DNA from: a virus
Taxonomy: Duplodnaviria > Caudoviricetes
IMG/VR virus record: IMGVR_UViG_3300042356_001602
Strand: one strand, 5' to 3'
Length of the DNA stretch: 64,000 bases
A program made the translations under genes and the position numbers. Below the pieces are notes generated by a model. It ran no database searches. It was given only the letters and a program-made list of their open reading frames with translations, and was not told the origin of the DNA. Below are positions 44,511 through 55,779 of this stretch, one piece after another (positions within the stretch are counted from its first letter, which is position 1; each line of letters opens with the position of its first letter).

Positions 44511-46141
44511 TGGCTGAAATGGACAATTTTTCTCAGCAAGTTCAAGGTAGTGCTCAGGCAACGGCACAACAACAAATGCCACTAGGATTAAGAGCTATGG
44601 CTGCTATGCCATTTCAGTTTGGAATAACTCAGTTAGTTGGCTGGAACGCACAAAGGTATTCTAATACAATGTTTGGAGGTGGTGTCCTCGACACCGCTTC
44701 AGGAGCTACTGGCAAAAGAGCTGCAGTTAAAAACTTTCTAGGAAGAAGAACCGGAGCATATGCCGGTGACGCAATGCAAGATAACACCCAGTATGCATTT
44801 GGTAGAAGTATCTTGGGTGATGATAGAAGCATCTTTGGCAAGAAACCACTTGGAGGTGGGCGAAAAGCAAAGGCCATGGCTATGAACGCCCCATTGAATC
44901 CAGCTACATTTTTTAGATTTGATTCTGTAGCTAGATTAGCAGGAGCACCAGGAGATCCTTCAGTGTACTCACCTTTTGGTACTGGAATGAACTTGATTAC
45001 AGGCAAAGCAGTAAGAGGAAAAGGTAGGATTGGAAACTTTGCCAGAGGTAGATACCAAGATAATTTTGATGCGGCAACTGGTGAACTACTTCCTGGAAAA
45101 GAAATATATAGCGGTGGTCTTTTTGGTCGCATTAATACCATGGGTAAAGTCATGGATTACGAAAAGCAAGTAGATGCTTTTAAAGCTTTAGGTCCAAGGA
45201 ATCCAGCTAGTTATACCAGAGGAGAGGCAAGAATAGCCAGAAGAGCAGAGAGGGCAGCTACTAAACTATCTAAATTTGATGATAGTCTTATAAAACTCGG
45301 TCGAGCAACTGGAGCTCAATTTGCTAAAACTGGCGCAACACAATATGCAACATCTGCAGCCAGTAGTGTTACCGGAATAGGACCTATTGGTTCTATCTCT
45401 GACGACGTTATTAGTGGAATACTTAAAACCGGAGCAGCAGACGTCCAAATAGGGGCAGCTGCCCAAAATATGGGTAGAGTAAAAGCACTCTCTCAAACTA
45501 TGAGAGGTTTTATTCCCCGAGGAATTTTTGAAAGTACAGCTACATTGGCCGGAAGAGGTGCTGAAATGGCTGGGACTAAAGGTTTTGATAAAGTTGCGAA
45601 TACATTTGCCAAAGCTATGGAAGGTTCCAGAATTGGATTTACTGGTGGAGGAATCAGCAGCCTAGATGATATTGGCCACATTGGCAGAACTGCTTATGGG
45701 GCAACAGGTTATGCCGACGATGCAATGAACCTGCTTAAATCTAATAATGTTGGAGCAATCAGAGGTGCAGCAGGAAGACTTGGTGCTGATGCTTTTGCTA
45801 GAAAAGAATTTGGCACTGCTGCAAAAATGGCTGGCCAATATGCAGGAACTTTTGGACCTATGGCTGGAAAGGCTTTGGGAGCATTTGGTACAGCTTCCAT
45901 GGTCTATGATATTGGTAAAGGCGTAGGAAAGATGATGATGGGAGGCGTCAATTTTGGTAAAGATGCGCTAAAATCTATGCAGGGAAGTATGAACAAACCA
46001 TTATTTGGAGCAGGATTTAAAGACAATGAAGTTGCAGCGACATCAAGATCTAGAGGCGTTATGGCTATTCAAAACTCAAGACTTAATGCAAGAAGCTCAC
46101 TTGGATCAGAGGGTGCTATGATGGCAGCACATTTTGGATAA
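44510..46141 (+). CDS. Gly/Ala-rich basic protein (tape-measure/ejection-like)
   Basis: Composition and position upstream of terminase. Confidence 0.65.
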   Translation: MAEMDNFSQQVQGSAQATAQQQMPLGLRAMAAMPFQFGITQLVGWNAQRYSNTMFGGGVLDTASGATGKRAAVKNFLGRRTGAYAGDAMQDNTQYAFGRSILGDDRSIFGKKPLGGGRKAKAMAMNAPLNPATFFRFDSVARLAGAPGDPSVYSPFGTGMNLITGKAVRGKGRIGNFARGRYQDNFDAATGELLPGKEIYSGGLFGRINTMGKVMDYEKQVDAFKALGPRNPASYTRGEARIARRAERAATKLSKFDDSLIKLGRATGAQFAKTGATQYATSAASSVTGIGPIGSISDDVISGILKTGAADVQIGAAAQNMGRVKALSQTMRGFIPRGIFESTATLAGRGAEMAGTKGFDKVANTFAKAMEGSRIGFTGGGISSLDDIGHIGRTAYGATGYADDAMNLLKSNNVGAIRGAAGRLGADAFARKEFGTAAKMAGQYAGTFGPMAGKALGAFGTASMVYDIGKGVGKMMMGGVNFGKDALKSMQGSMNKPLFGAGFKDNEVAATSRSRGVMAIQNSRLNARSSLGSEGAMMAAHFG

Positions 46142-46144
46142 TTT

Positions 46145-48019
46145 ATGAGCGCAACATTATCATCAAAAACTAAAAAGTTTAGAGAAGATTTAGAAAAACT
46201 ATCTAGAGAAGATTTATTAGAAATAATAAAAGATCAAGATATAGAAACATTCAAACAAATTAATAGAATTGAATGGGTTTTTCAAAATAAATTAAATCAT
46301 CTAACTTGGGCAGATGGAAGCACTATAACAGAACGTCCATTGACCAATAAAGAGTTATCTCTTTTAGTTGACGAACCATTTGATCTTGATATGGATCTTT
46401 TAGATCTTGGAATCTCTGGAGAACAACAAAGGCAGATACACATAGCTAAAGACCCGTGCGTGTGGGCAAGACAATTCTTACAAGCAGAAACAAGAGTCTA
46501 TCAAACTCTAATCTTAAGAGACCCTGCACTCAGAAAAGTTTTAAGAGCTGGTCGTCGTCTTGGTAAAACATTTAGTATGGCTGTTTACCTATTGCACTAT
46601 AGTTATACTCATAAAGATGGCAGATGTCTTGTTATTGCGCCAATGAAGTCTCACGTTGAATTAATCTATCAGGAAATTCTAAGACTTGCATCTAAGAATG
46701 AAATTGTAATGAACTCTATAGTTAGAAAAGTTACAAGCCCTCAATTCATGATTCAGTTCTCTAATGGATCAACAATTAGATTCTTTACATCTGGTATGCG
46801 TTCTGGCGGAAAGTCTGACGTAGCTCGTGGTCAGGAAGCACACGTTATTGTTCTTGACGAAATGGACTACATGCACGCAGATGACCTTGATGCATTATAT
46901 GCAATGCTTCAGAAAACGGCAGAAGACCAACCGGACAAAGTTTTGATTGGAGCTTCAACGCCAACTGGTAGAAGAGAACGCTTTTGGGAATGGTGTAGAT
47001 CAGAAAGATTTAAAGAGTTTTGGTTTCCATCATATTGCAACCCATATTTTGCTAAAGAGCAAGAAGACGAATTTAGGGAACAGTATTCAGAAATAGGATA
47101 CAGACATGAAATTGAAGCTGACTGGGGCGAAGACGCAGAAGGTGTATACCCAAGAAAATATGTTGATAAAGCTTTCATAGAACCAAACTGGAATTATGAT
47201 GCCGAGTTAAAGTCAGCTAGATCTTTTCACGTCATAGGAGTTGACTGGGACAAGTACGGAGCAGGTACGAACATAGTTGTTCTAGAGGTGTGCTCAGACA
47301 CCTATGAGGAGGAAAGATTCAGAAACAAAGTCAGACTTGCCTATAGAGAAGAAATAGAAAGATCTGAATATACATTAACTAAAGCAGTTTCTAGAATTGT
47401 TGATTTAAATAATATTTTTATACCAAAACATATTTATGTAGACAGAGGTTACGGAGAAGTGCAAGTAGAGCTTTTGCATAAGTACGGTGTTGAAAATCCT
47501 CTTTCTGGATTAAAACAAAAAGTAAAAGGCGTTGGATTTGGAGAGTCTATAGATCTAAGAGATCCATACACTAAACAGGTTGTTAAAAAAGAAATTAAAC
47601 CATACATGGTAGATAACTTAAGACAATATCTTGAAAAAGAATTATTAATGATTCCGGAAAAAGATAATGAAATGTATATGCAATTAATATCTTATGTTGT
47701 ATTAAGAACTACTCAAACTGGTAGACCAGTATTCGAAGCAGGCGGATCAGCACAAGATCACGCGCACGATGCATTAATCCTAGCTTTACTTTCTATAACT
47801 CAAAACTATGGAGATTTACACAAAGCAAGGTACACTACGACTACTAGCTCATTCTCCAATACGTTCTTTATGCCAGGAAGTGGCGATAGAGAAGATGATG
47901 ATACTGACGCAAGCAAAACAAAAGTATCAAACAGAACAGACTCTTTGGGTGCAAAAACATCATTGAGAAAAAGTTTTAGCAGACGTGCAAGTGCACCAAT
48001 TAAAAGACAGGTGTTTTAA
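46145..48019 (+). CDS. terL: terminase large subunit
   Basis: AGRRLGKT, IVLDEMDY, GASTP, IGVDWD, DHAHDAL. Confidence 0.93.
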   Translation: MSATLSSKTKKFREDLEKLSREDLLEIIKDQDIETFKQINRIEWVFQNKLNHLTWADGSTITERPLTNKELSLLVDEPFDLDMDLLDLGISGEQQRQIHIAKDPCVWARQFLQAETRVYQTLILRDPALRKVLRAGRRLGKTFSMAVYLLHYSYTHKDGRCLVIAPMKSHVELIYQEILRLASKNEIVMNSIVRKVTSPQFMIQFSNGSTIRFFTSGMRSGGKSDVARGQEAHVIVLDEMDYMHADDLDALYAMLQKTAEDQPDKVLIGASTPTGRRERFWEWCRSERFKEFWFPSYCNPYFAKEQEDEFREQYSEIGYRHEIEADWGEDAEGVYPRKYVDKAFIEPNWNYDAELKSARSFHVIGVDWDKYGAGTNIVVLEVCSDTYEEERFRNKVRLAYREEIERSEYTLTKAVSRIVDLNNIFIPKHIYVDRGYGEVQVELLHKYGVENPLSGLKQKVKGVGFGESIDLRDPYTKQVVKKEIKPYMVDNLRQYLEKELLMIPEKDNEMYMQLISYVVLRTTQTGRPVFEAGGSAQDHAHDALILALLSITQNYGDLHKARYTTTTSSFSNTFFMPGSGDREDDDTDASKTKVSNRTDSLGAKTSLRKSFSRRASAPIKRQVF

Positions 48020-48021
48020 CA

Positions 48022-49620
48022 ATGGCAAACTATGGACTGGGAAATTCTAGCGCAGTAGAGAATGTTTTCAATGACCCATATTCTGACGTATCTTCTTTTA
48101 ACTCTGTAGAAAAAAGACTGAATGAAGCAGGCGTAGAAGATTCTAATAAATTAGTAAATTATACTAACATTTCACAAACTCCAATTGGGCAAGTCAGATC
48201 TTACATATTTGACTGTGATCAAATTATTAAGAAATTAATTCAAGAGTTGGATGATAACCTACTTAAGGTTAATATCAATGCATATTTTTCTGTGGAGATG
48301 GAAATTGCCCATAACGCAGTTTGGCAAGATGCACAAAAGTATTATGGAAATCAACAAGATGGTGACAACACATTTACTACCATGGAAGTAAAGTCTGCTC
48401 CAGATTTTATTTGTTACAGACAATACACCTACGCACAAGAGCACAAGTGCAGAGCTTGTAGAGAGTTTGTAAAGCAATATGACATAGCTATTTCTCATAC
48501 CAGTTTTGGACATTTAATAAGTCTAAAAAAAATACTAAACTACATTAATAGTGAAGTTTCAATAATAAAAAATATAGTTATATATTATTTAGGAGAAGAG
48601 TATAAAGATGAAACAGAAGGCGAAATCGCAAAACACCTCGCAGACTGGGCAAAGGCAGTTACGCACTATACGAAACAGTTTGCCAAGGAAATCACAACCG
48701 AGTCAGTCTCAATTCCACAATCCGAATTGGATCAAATCTCTAAGAAACAAGCCGCTCAATTTCAAGCGTTTTTTTCGATCAGAATAAACTCAATTTCTTC
48801 TGAAATAAATTCTATACTTGGTTTAATTAAAAGAGATTGCGTTGACTTAGGTGATATGTTTTATAATAATTACTTAGTCCCTGCAATGACTTTTAAGTCT
48901 AAATTAATAGAACCAATAATGACAGACATTAATACAACTGCTTTTGCAAAGAACGCACCTATGCTAACGGGCGAAATGGTAGTTGCTAGTAATGCAATAG
49001 TTGGTAACCTTGGTTCTGTAACTACTGATCTTGTAGAAAAAAGAATAAATTTAGGCAAAAGAATGAGAGCCTATTTAGAGCTTTTGCGACTAAAAAGAAG
49101 ATATATTAATTACATAATTCAATTAGAAGCTTTTGCGGTTCAAAGAACAGTTGCATTAGCTTTTCCAACAGCAGATGATGTAATCAGATATAATGAAATT
49201 TTTGATCAAATATATGTAGACAATTCAAAGAGAGAAAATCTTAGGTCTTCTCACAATGACTTGGATGATCTGGACGGCGATGCCCACCCTCAATATTTAA
49301 GAGCTGACGGCGGAACAATAAAGGGCGACATAACTATTCAAAATGGGGCGAAGATAGATGGCGTTAGCTTGGCAAATCATAGTCACAATTTTGTTGATGG
49401 AAGCAACCCCATAAGTGCAAGCTCAATAGATTATGAATCTGCAAGACAAGATTATTATGATAACGTTGATAATAAACCATATTCAAACTTAGTATTATCC
49501 GGTTTTGACGCTGTTCAAAAAATAGGTGGAGGACACGAATATAGTGCCACCTTTGAAATTGAGGTAGATGATGATAAGATTAGCACTTATGATTTTGAGA
49601 TTCTTTACAAAGAGCTGTAA
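48022..49620 (+). CDS. putative virion structural protein
   Basis: Helical N-terminus; DAHPQYL...GG fibre-type motif. Confidence 0.65.
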   Translation: MANYGLGNSSAVENVFNDPYSDVSSFNSVEKRLNEAGVEDSNKLVNYTNISQTPIGQVRSYIFDCDQIIKKLIQELDDNLLKVNINAYFSVEMEIAHNAVWQDAQKYYGNQQDGDNTFTTMEVKSAPDFICYRQYTYAQEHKCRACREFVKQYDIAISHTSFGHLISLKKILNYINSEVSIIKNIVIYYLGEEYKDETEGEIAKHLADWAKAVTHYTKQFAKEITTESVSIPQSELDQISKKQAAQFQAFFSIRINSISSEINSILGLIKRDCVDLGDMFYNNYLVPAMTFKSKLIEPIMTDINTTAFAKNAPMLTGEMVVASNAIVGNLGSVTTDLVEKRINLGKRMRAYLELLRLKRRYINYIIQLEAFAVQRTVALAFPTADDVIRYNEIFDQIYVDNSKRENLRSSHNDLDDLDGDAHPQYLRADGGTIKGDITIQNGAKIDGVSLANHSHNFVDGSNPISASSIDYESARQDYYDNVDNKPYSNLVLSGFDAVQKIGGGHEYSATFEIEVDDDKISTYDFEILYKEL

Positions 49621-49622
49621 CT

Positions 49623-50600
49623 ATGTCTTGGTTTAATTATTACACTACATCAGGACTAACAACGTCCATCAAGCCTCCTATTAGAAGATCAATATCTTTT
49701 CCAGCTCTTGCTGATAATCTGAAGGTAAATGATTGGATTCATGCTCCACTAGGTGAGTTGAATATAGGTCAGGTCTTTACCTCGTCAAGTAACGTTATTC
49801 AGCAATCTTTTGATCAAGATTCATATTTGGTCACATACGAAACTGCAACGTCGACGACTGCTACTTACTCTTATATCGACGCTAATAATAATCTATACTT
49901 TAAATCTTTAACAAATGTAAACGCAGGGTCAAGACCAGATGGTGCATATTACATTTATTATCATAGTGACAATGTTCAGTACATATCCTTGATTGGCAGC
50001 AACTATGTCAGAACAGTAAATCCATCTGGTTTAAATTTCATGGGATCTCTTACTGGCTCTGGATCTAATCTTGTTAGTTATTATTCTCATTCCGTAGTAG
50101 CCGGATCCTCAAATGTTCGAGTTTCTCAAATTACTTATTTGGGAGATCCAGGAATATGGGTTAATGGAAAAACCCAAACTGCAGGAGCAAAAGTTCTAGG
50201 AAATTTTGATGGTCCAAAACTAATTATCTATGGAGATAAAGGTCCAGACAAAGGAAAGATAAACCTTAAAATAATTAAGACCTCTACAACAACAAGTGGG
50301 CAATCAGTAGTCTATACTTCAAATGGAATAGACCTTTATAGTACAAATGCTGTTGTGGACACTCCAATATTTACTATAGATTTAAATACCGAAACTTCTG
50401 TTACGGGCTTAAGTGCATATGATGATTATTATGGTTCCTTTTCCTATGAGATTGAAGTACTTGCAACCAAGAACCAAGCTTCTAGTGGAACTGGAGTTTC
50501 CATCACAAAACATGCGTACAGTAAAAATTATAAACTTTCTTTCAATAGAGAAGAGATAGATCCTTCAATATCTTTTACGAGCACCGGAGTAATACGATGA
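49623..50600 (+). CDS. putative virion beta-rich protein
   Basis: Ser/Thr/Gly-rich; GPKLIIYGDKGPDKG. Confidence 0.65.
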   Translation: MSWFNYYTTSGLTTSIKPPIRRSISFPALADNLKVNDWIHAPLGELNIGQVFTSSSNVIQQSFDQDSYLVTYETATSTTATYSYIDANNNLYFKSLTNVNAGSRPDGAYYIYYHSDNVQYISLIGSNYVRTVNPSGLNFMGSLTGSGSNLVSYYSHSVVAGSSNVRVSQITYLGDPGIWVNGKTQTAGAKVLGNFDGPKLIIYGDKGPDKGKINLKIIKTSTTTSGQSVVYTSNGIDLYSTNAVVDTPIFTIDLNTETSVTGLSAYDDYYGSFSYEIEVLATKNQASSGTGVSITKHAYSKNYKLSFNREEIDPSISFTSTGVIR

Positions 50601-52454
50601 CAATTATTAAAAAAACAATTACACGGACTTAAGCCAGACGCTAACTATCTATTTGCTCTTAAGCCTAAGAATACTGAGATAGTAGCTGTAGATGATTTAC
50701 CAGAAACTATACGAGTAAAAACTCCAGCAGTTTTGTCCGTACCATCAACCATAACTGGTTTTGGAGTTGCGGCAAATTTTGAAACAGTAATGTTTTATTT
50801 TAATCCAGTTAATGACATTGACCTAGATTCATATGCATATCAGCTATATGACGACCCTGCAGGAACGGGAACTCCAGTAGCAACTGGTAAAAACAAAGCT
50901 AACGTATTTACAATCTCAGTAACTAACTCTACTGATTCTACTCCTAAAACATATTATGGAAGAGTTGCAGTAGTTAATAGTGCTGGAACAGTGGGCGCAT
51001 ATACCAGTCTGGTTTCTTCTGGTGCAACTCCATTAATTGGGGAACAATATATTTCTAGCTTAACTGCAGCAAAAATTACTGCAGGAACAATAGGTGCACA
51101 CACAATAACTTTAGGTGGAGTAACCTCTGTTATTAAATCTTCTACATATAATGGATCTTTTGATGGAACTCAATGGACAACCGGAAGTGCTGGGTGGTTG
51201 ATATCTGGTTCTGGTCAAGCTATTTTTGATTCATCTCAAATAAGAGGTTCAATAGCAGCGGCATCAATAAACTTAAACGCGCATAACTATTGGCTTCCAA
51301 ATGCAGGAACGCCAATTTTTAAAGTTGGCAATGCAACTAATTTTTTTGAATGGGATGGAACCAACGTAAAGACTACTGGAACGGTAATTACCAACGCTAC
51401 AGTTTCTGGTGGAACAGTTGGAGGAGTTAACGCAGGCACAAATAAAATATTTTTAGGAACTGGAACATACGCAAACGCAGATACTCCTTTTTATGTAGAC
51501 ACATCTAGTAGATTTTCTTTAGGGGATAAGTTAGCTTTTGATGGGACTAATCTTTCTATTGCTGGAAACGTAACTATAGGTTCTCAGACAGCAACCGCAA
51601 TAAGTGGAGCAGTAACTACAGCAAACGACGCAGCAACAGCAGCAGCAGCAGCGCAAGTTACAGCAGATGGCAAAATAAATGGAGCAGCAGTTAATGCAAA
51701 CGTAACTTCAATATCTGGAGGCGTAATTACAACTGGAGCAATACAATCCAATAATTTTAATTGGAATGGCACCGATACATATTCAACTGCAGGTACTGGA
51801 ATTTATTTATCTAACGGACAAATCATTTCTAAAAATTTTAAAATAGATGGATCTGGAAACGCTTCGTTTCGAGGAACTATAACTGCGGCAGCAGGAACAA
51901 TTGGTGGTTATACAATTGGTGAAACATCACTAACGACAACTGCCGGTTCTAGTTCGTTTGGCAAATATTCTAGCGTATCAATAAATTCAAATGGATTAAT
52001 TAATAGCTATTATCAAGATATTACAATTTTTAGTACTCTATATGAAAATGTTAAAATAAATGGTTACGCAGACGGCGGTTCTGGAGCAATAAATATTACA
52101 GGCACGGCGAACGCCGGTAGTTTTTCAGAAAGATGGTATACATCTTATGGGGTACATAACCCATCAGATATTAGATTAAAAAATATAATTGAAGAAGACG
52201 TTAATGCACTAAACCTTATTAATAACGTTCAAACTACAAAATTTGTTTTTAAAAACGATGAAACAGAGCGTCAACATTTTGGATTTATTGCACAGCAAAT
52301 GAATGAACATATCCCCAATGCTGTTATACCCGGAGGAGAAGATCCAACTAAGCAGGCTTGGGGTATTGTGCAAGAAACGCTTATCCCATATCTTGTGAAA
52401 TCAATACAACAATTATCTGCAAAAGTTGAACAACTAGAATCTCGTCTGGTATAA
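50597..52454 (+). CDS. tail fibre/host-specificity protein with FN3-like N-terminus and S74 chaperone; +1 frameshift at CGG 50624-50626
   Basis: MTIIKKTIT-(+1)-GLKPDANY FN3-type strand; C-terminal PSDIRLKN...GFIAQQ. Confidence 0.8.
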
Positions 52455-52456
52455 TC

Positions 52457-52648
52457 TTGTACATGAATGAATCAAATTTAGACATCAACCTTATAGTTCA
52501 ATCTTTTCAAGAAAGAATTGGATTATTGATAACAGAAGTAGTAGTTAAAGAAGCGACAATCAAGCAGCTTACTATGCAGCTTCAGCAAAAGCAAGAACAA
52601 TCAGATGGGTTCGATATGCCCGCAGAAACCGTAAAGAGAGTAAAATAA
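52457..52648 (+). CDS. small coiled-coil protein (tail chaperone-like)
   Basis: ORF track. Confidence 0.65.
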   Translation: MYMNESNLDINLIVQSFQERIGLLITEVVVKEATIKQLTMQLQQKQEQSDGFDMPAETVKRVK

Positions 52649-52860
52649 TGACAAAAAAATCAGTATTACCAGAAGAGCTGGCAGAGCAGGTAGAAGAAGC
52701 TCTTGTTGCTGAAAAAGAAATGAATATCACCATTAAGATTACTAACTCTAATCTTTCTTACAAGAGTGATTTTACAGAACCAGAGACAGTTTTTTGGCTT
52801 GAAGCTATTAAAGATATTATTATCAAGAAGACATTTCAAGAGTCCGAAAGACAAAGCTGA
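52648..52860 (+). CDS. hypothetical protein
   Basis: ORF track; TAATG coupling. Confidence 0.7.
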   Translation: MTKKSVLPEELAEQVEEALVAEKEMNITIKITNSNLSYKSDFTEPETVFWLEAIKDIIIKKTFQESERQS

Positions 52861-52922
52861 ATTTAAAGAATAATAAACTGTACTATACAGTATTATCTTT
52901 AGAATTTGGAGCTAATTAGCTT

Positions 52923-54596
52923 ATGGCACTACGTCAATATTTACCTTTCCAGAAATCTGAGTTGTCTGAGTTCGACTTTGAATCAGCTCAGCTAGCTCCA
53001 GATAAAATTGGATCACTGAGCAAAGCAATGAGAGTCGCAGCTTTTGCTTTGGGCTATCGTGGCGTAAACTATTATTATACTGGAAGAACTAACTTTGAAC
53101 CTTCTCCATATAACTTTGATAGAATAATACAGGCGATAGACACTGACTCATATGTCAAGCAGGCAATGGCCAAGTATCAAGACTTGTTTTGGAAAGAAGG
53201 TTGGCAGATTGTTGGGGAAAATCCAGAAGCTGTAGCCTACTTGTATCAGAGAATAGACTACATGGAAATGGCTATGAGAAGACCATTTTTGGATTTTCTT
53301 ATTGATTTATCTGATCAATTATTCAAATTTTCAAACGTGTTTATTGTTAAAGCTAGAGCTGATTTAGCAGAGTATTTTCCTAAGGCATTAGAGCCAGTAG
53401 GTGCTGCACAGCCAGTTGTTGGATATTATCTGATACCAACTGAGCAAGCAAGAATCCTAAGAGACAAGCACAACAAGCCAAAAGCATATTTGCAGAGAAC
53501 TAATCCAATGACTTACGCGCCCACGGACAGAGATCCTAAGTGGCCAGCTGAAAGTGTTATACATTTATTCTTTGACAGAAAACCGGGAAGAATATTTGGT
53601 ACTCCATTCTTAGCAAACGTTTTGGATGATGTTGTTGCATTGCGACAGATCGAAGAAGACATTCAGAACCTAGTGCATAGAGAATTGTTCCCGCTTTATA
53701 AATACAGAATCGGAACTGCAGATCAGCCAGCTGAGCCAGAAGAAATAGATCAAGCAGCAATAGAGATTGAAAACCTTAGAGCTGAAGGTGGTTTAATCCT
53801 TCCATTCAGACATGACGTTGAAGTCATAGGTTCGCAAAACGCAGCACTTGATGCATCTAATTACTTGAATCACTTTAAAGAAAGAGTTGCAGTAGGACTT
53901 GGAGTTGCACCACATCACCTTGGAATGAGCATGGGTGGTGGCAATAGATCTGCTTCAGAAAGATTAGATACAGCACTGTACGATAAGATTAAGCATTTCC
54001 AAAAGCAATTTGCAGAAATGATAAGACTTAATGTTTTTAACGAAATATTATTTGAAGGTGGATTTGATCCAATAATTAACCCAATTGATTCATCTGTATC
54101 AGACAGATGCTATTTTAAATTTAACGAGATAGATGTTGACACTCAAGTTAAGAAAGAAACACATATAATACAAAAGTATGTAAACTCTCTTATCACCTTA
54201 GAAGAAGCAAGAATGAAGATTGGCGAAGACCCACAAGTCGATAAAGAAGATCTGTTTATGTCAGCACAAGGTCAGGTTCAGATTGACGTTGGTGCCGCAC
54301 AAGCAGATACTCAAGCAAAACTTCAGACTAGTAAAGATGTCGTTAAGGATGGAGATAAACAAACTCCAGCATCAAAAGGGCAAAGAAATATGCCTTCAAA
54401 CAGAAAAGGTGCAGGAAATGTAATGAGACCACAAAATCAACAGGGTCGCTTAACTTCACCTAACATCAAGAGATCAGACTCTGCCTGGATTGGCATGGTT
54501 GAAAATCTTCTCGAAGAGCAGTATAATGTAGTGGTAGTAGAAGATCAAGAAGATCAACAACAAGAAAATGTAAATGAGGAAAAAAATGTCAATTAA
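52923..54596 (+). CDS. portal protein
   Basis: Size, position, VIHL...IFGTP.L...DD, GLGV....LG, IT..EAR..IG. Confidence 0.85.
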   Translation: MALRQYLPFQKSELSEFDFESAQLAPDKIGSLSKAMRVAAFALGYRGVNYYYTGRTNFEPSPYNFDRIIQAIDTDSYVKQAMAKYQDLFWKEGWQIVGENPEAVAYLYQRIDYMEMAMRRPFLDFLIDLSDQLFKFSNVFIVKARADLAEYFPKALEPVGAAQPVVGYYLIPTEQARILRDKHNKPKAYLQRTNPMTYAPTDRDPKWPAESVIHLFFDRKPGRIFGTPFLANVLDDVVALRQIEEDIQNLVHRELFPLYKYRIGTADQPAEPEEIDQAAIEIENLRAEGGLILPFRHDVEVIGSQNAALDASNYLNHFKERVAVGLGVAPHHLGMSMGGGNRSASERLDTALYDKIKHFQKQFAEMIRLNVFNEILFEGGFDPIINPIDSSVSDRCYFKFNEIDVDTQVKKETHIIQKYVNSLITLEEARMKIGEDPQVDKEDLFMSAQGQVQIDVGAAQADTQAKLQTSKDVVKDGDKQTPASKGQRNMPSNRKGAGNVMRPQNQQGRLTSPNIKRSDSAWIGMVENLLEEQYNVVVVEDQEDQQQENVNEEKNVN

Positions 54597-54915
54597 AATA
54601 GTTTCAGAAATATCAAAGCAGTATCTCTTAAAAGAAGATGCTGTTGAAGGTTTTAAGGTAGCAGTAGAAAACGGTCAAACACGTTTGGCTCTTCAAGTTT
54701 TGGTTGATATCATTGACGGAATGATGGAAATTTTTGATTACGCTATGGAAGAAGTTGCTGAAGACGATAATATTATTGATGTTCCAGTAGCAGTATCATC
54801 TCCTGCGCAAGAGCCTATTAAGGTTGTTGAAGCTGTTGAAATTATTGAAGACAAAAAAGTGTCTGCAAAAAAAACAGCTGAAGTAAAAGAAGACTCTAAA
54901 CAAACAGCAGAATAA
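54586..54915 (+). CDS. hypothetical protein
   Basis: Start moved to MSIKIV behind GAGG. Confidence 0.7.
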   Translation: MSIKIVSEISKQYLLKEDAVEGFKVAVENGQTRLALQVLVDIIDGMMEIFDYAMEEVAEDDNIIDVPVAVSSPAQEPIKVVEAVEIIEDKKVSAKKTAEVKEDSKQTAE

Positions 54916-55676
54916 TGAAGTTAATAATAGGATGTCCAATTTACAAAAGAGATTGGATCTTACCACTTTGGTTTGCAGCACTTGAAAGACAGTCAATTCC
55001 TCTAAGTAAGATTGGTTTCATTTTTGAAACGTCACCAGACGATAAAGCAACTGTAAGAATGTTGAATTTGTGGAGACAGTATCATCCTGAAATTCCTTTG
55101 TTTGAAATAAGAGAACGAAACGATATACCTCACTATAATCACGAAGACAACTCAAGACAGTGGACTATTTCAAAATACGAAAATATGGTAAATCTTAGAA
55201 ACTCTCTTTTATCAAGAGTAAGAGAGCTTCAACCTGATTATTATTTTAGTCTTGATTCTGACATAATATTAAAAAACCCAAATACATTAGAACTACTAAT
55301 GGCACACATTGGTGATACAGCAGACGCAGTTAGTCCCTTAATGTTTATGACTCCTTTTGATACAAAATATCCAAGTGTCATGAATTGGATAGATCAAAAA
55401 GATTTTAGAGGTTATAGAAAAGACAATTACCCTTTGGGAAGTTATTTTAAATCTGATATAATAATGGCAGCTAAAATGATGTCTAAAGAGGTTTATAATA
55501 ATATTGACTACGAGGTACATTCTCAAGGAGAAGACCTTGGTTGGTCAAAGAACGCAGCTTTAAAGGGTTATTCCTTATATTGTGCAAGTTATATATATGC
55601 TGCTCACATAATGCACGAGAATCTTTTGCCCCAGTTTCAACAAATGGGTGACAACAGAGAACTTATTACAATTTGA
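54915..55676 (+). CDS. glycosyltransferase (GT-A fold, family 2-like)
   Basis: IIGCPIY, RNSLL, FSLDSDI (DxD), GEDLGW. Confidence 0.85.
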   Translation: MKLIIGCPIYKRDWILPLWFAALERQSIPLSKIGFIFETSPDDKATVRMLNLWRQYHPEIPLFEIRERNDIPHYNHEDNSRQWTISKYENMVNLRNSLLSRVRELQPDYYFSLDSDIILKNPNTLELLMAHIGDTADAVSPLMFMTPFDTKYPSVMNWIDQKDFRGYRKDNYPLGSYFKSDIIMAAKMMSKEVYNNIDYEVHSQGEDLGWSKNAALKGYSLYCASYIYAAHIMHENLLPQFQQMGDNRELITI

Positions 55677-55779
55677 AAACTATATAAAAATATGATATCT
55701 TTATATAAAATTGTTTAATGTTATAAAAGTAAATTACTATATATTTCAAGCAATTAAATTATGCGCATATGGAGAACCA

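Noticed and set aside
35293-48019. Inteins or introns in RecA and terminase
   Set aside because: Both proteins have normal length and continuous motifs; no intein termini or homing endonuclease were seen.
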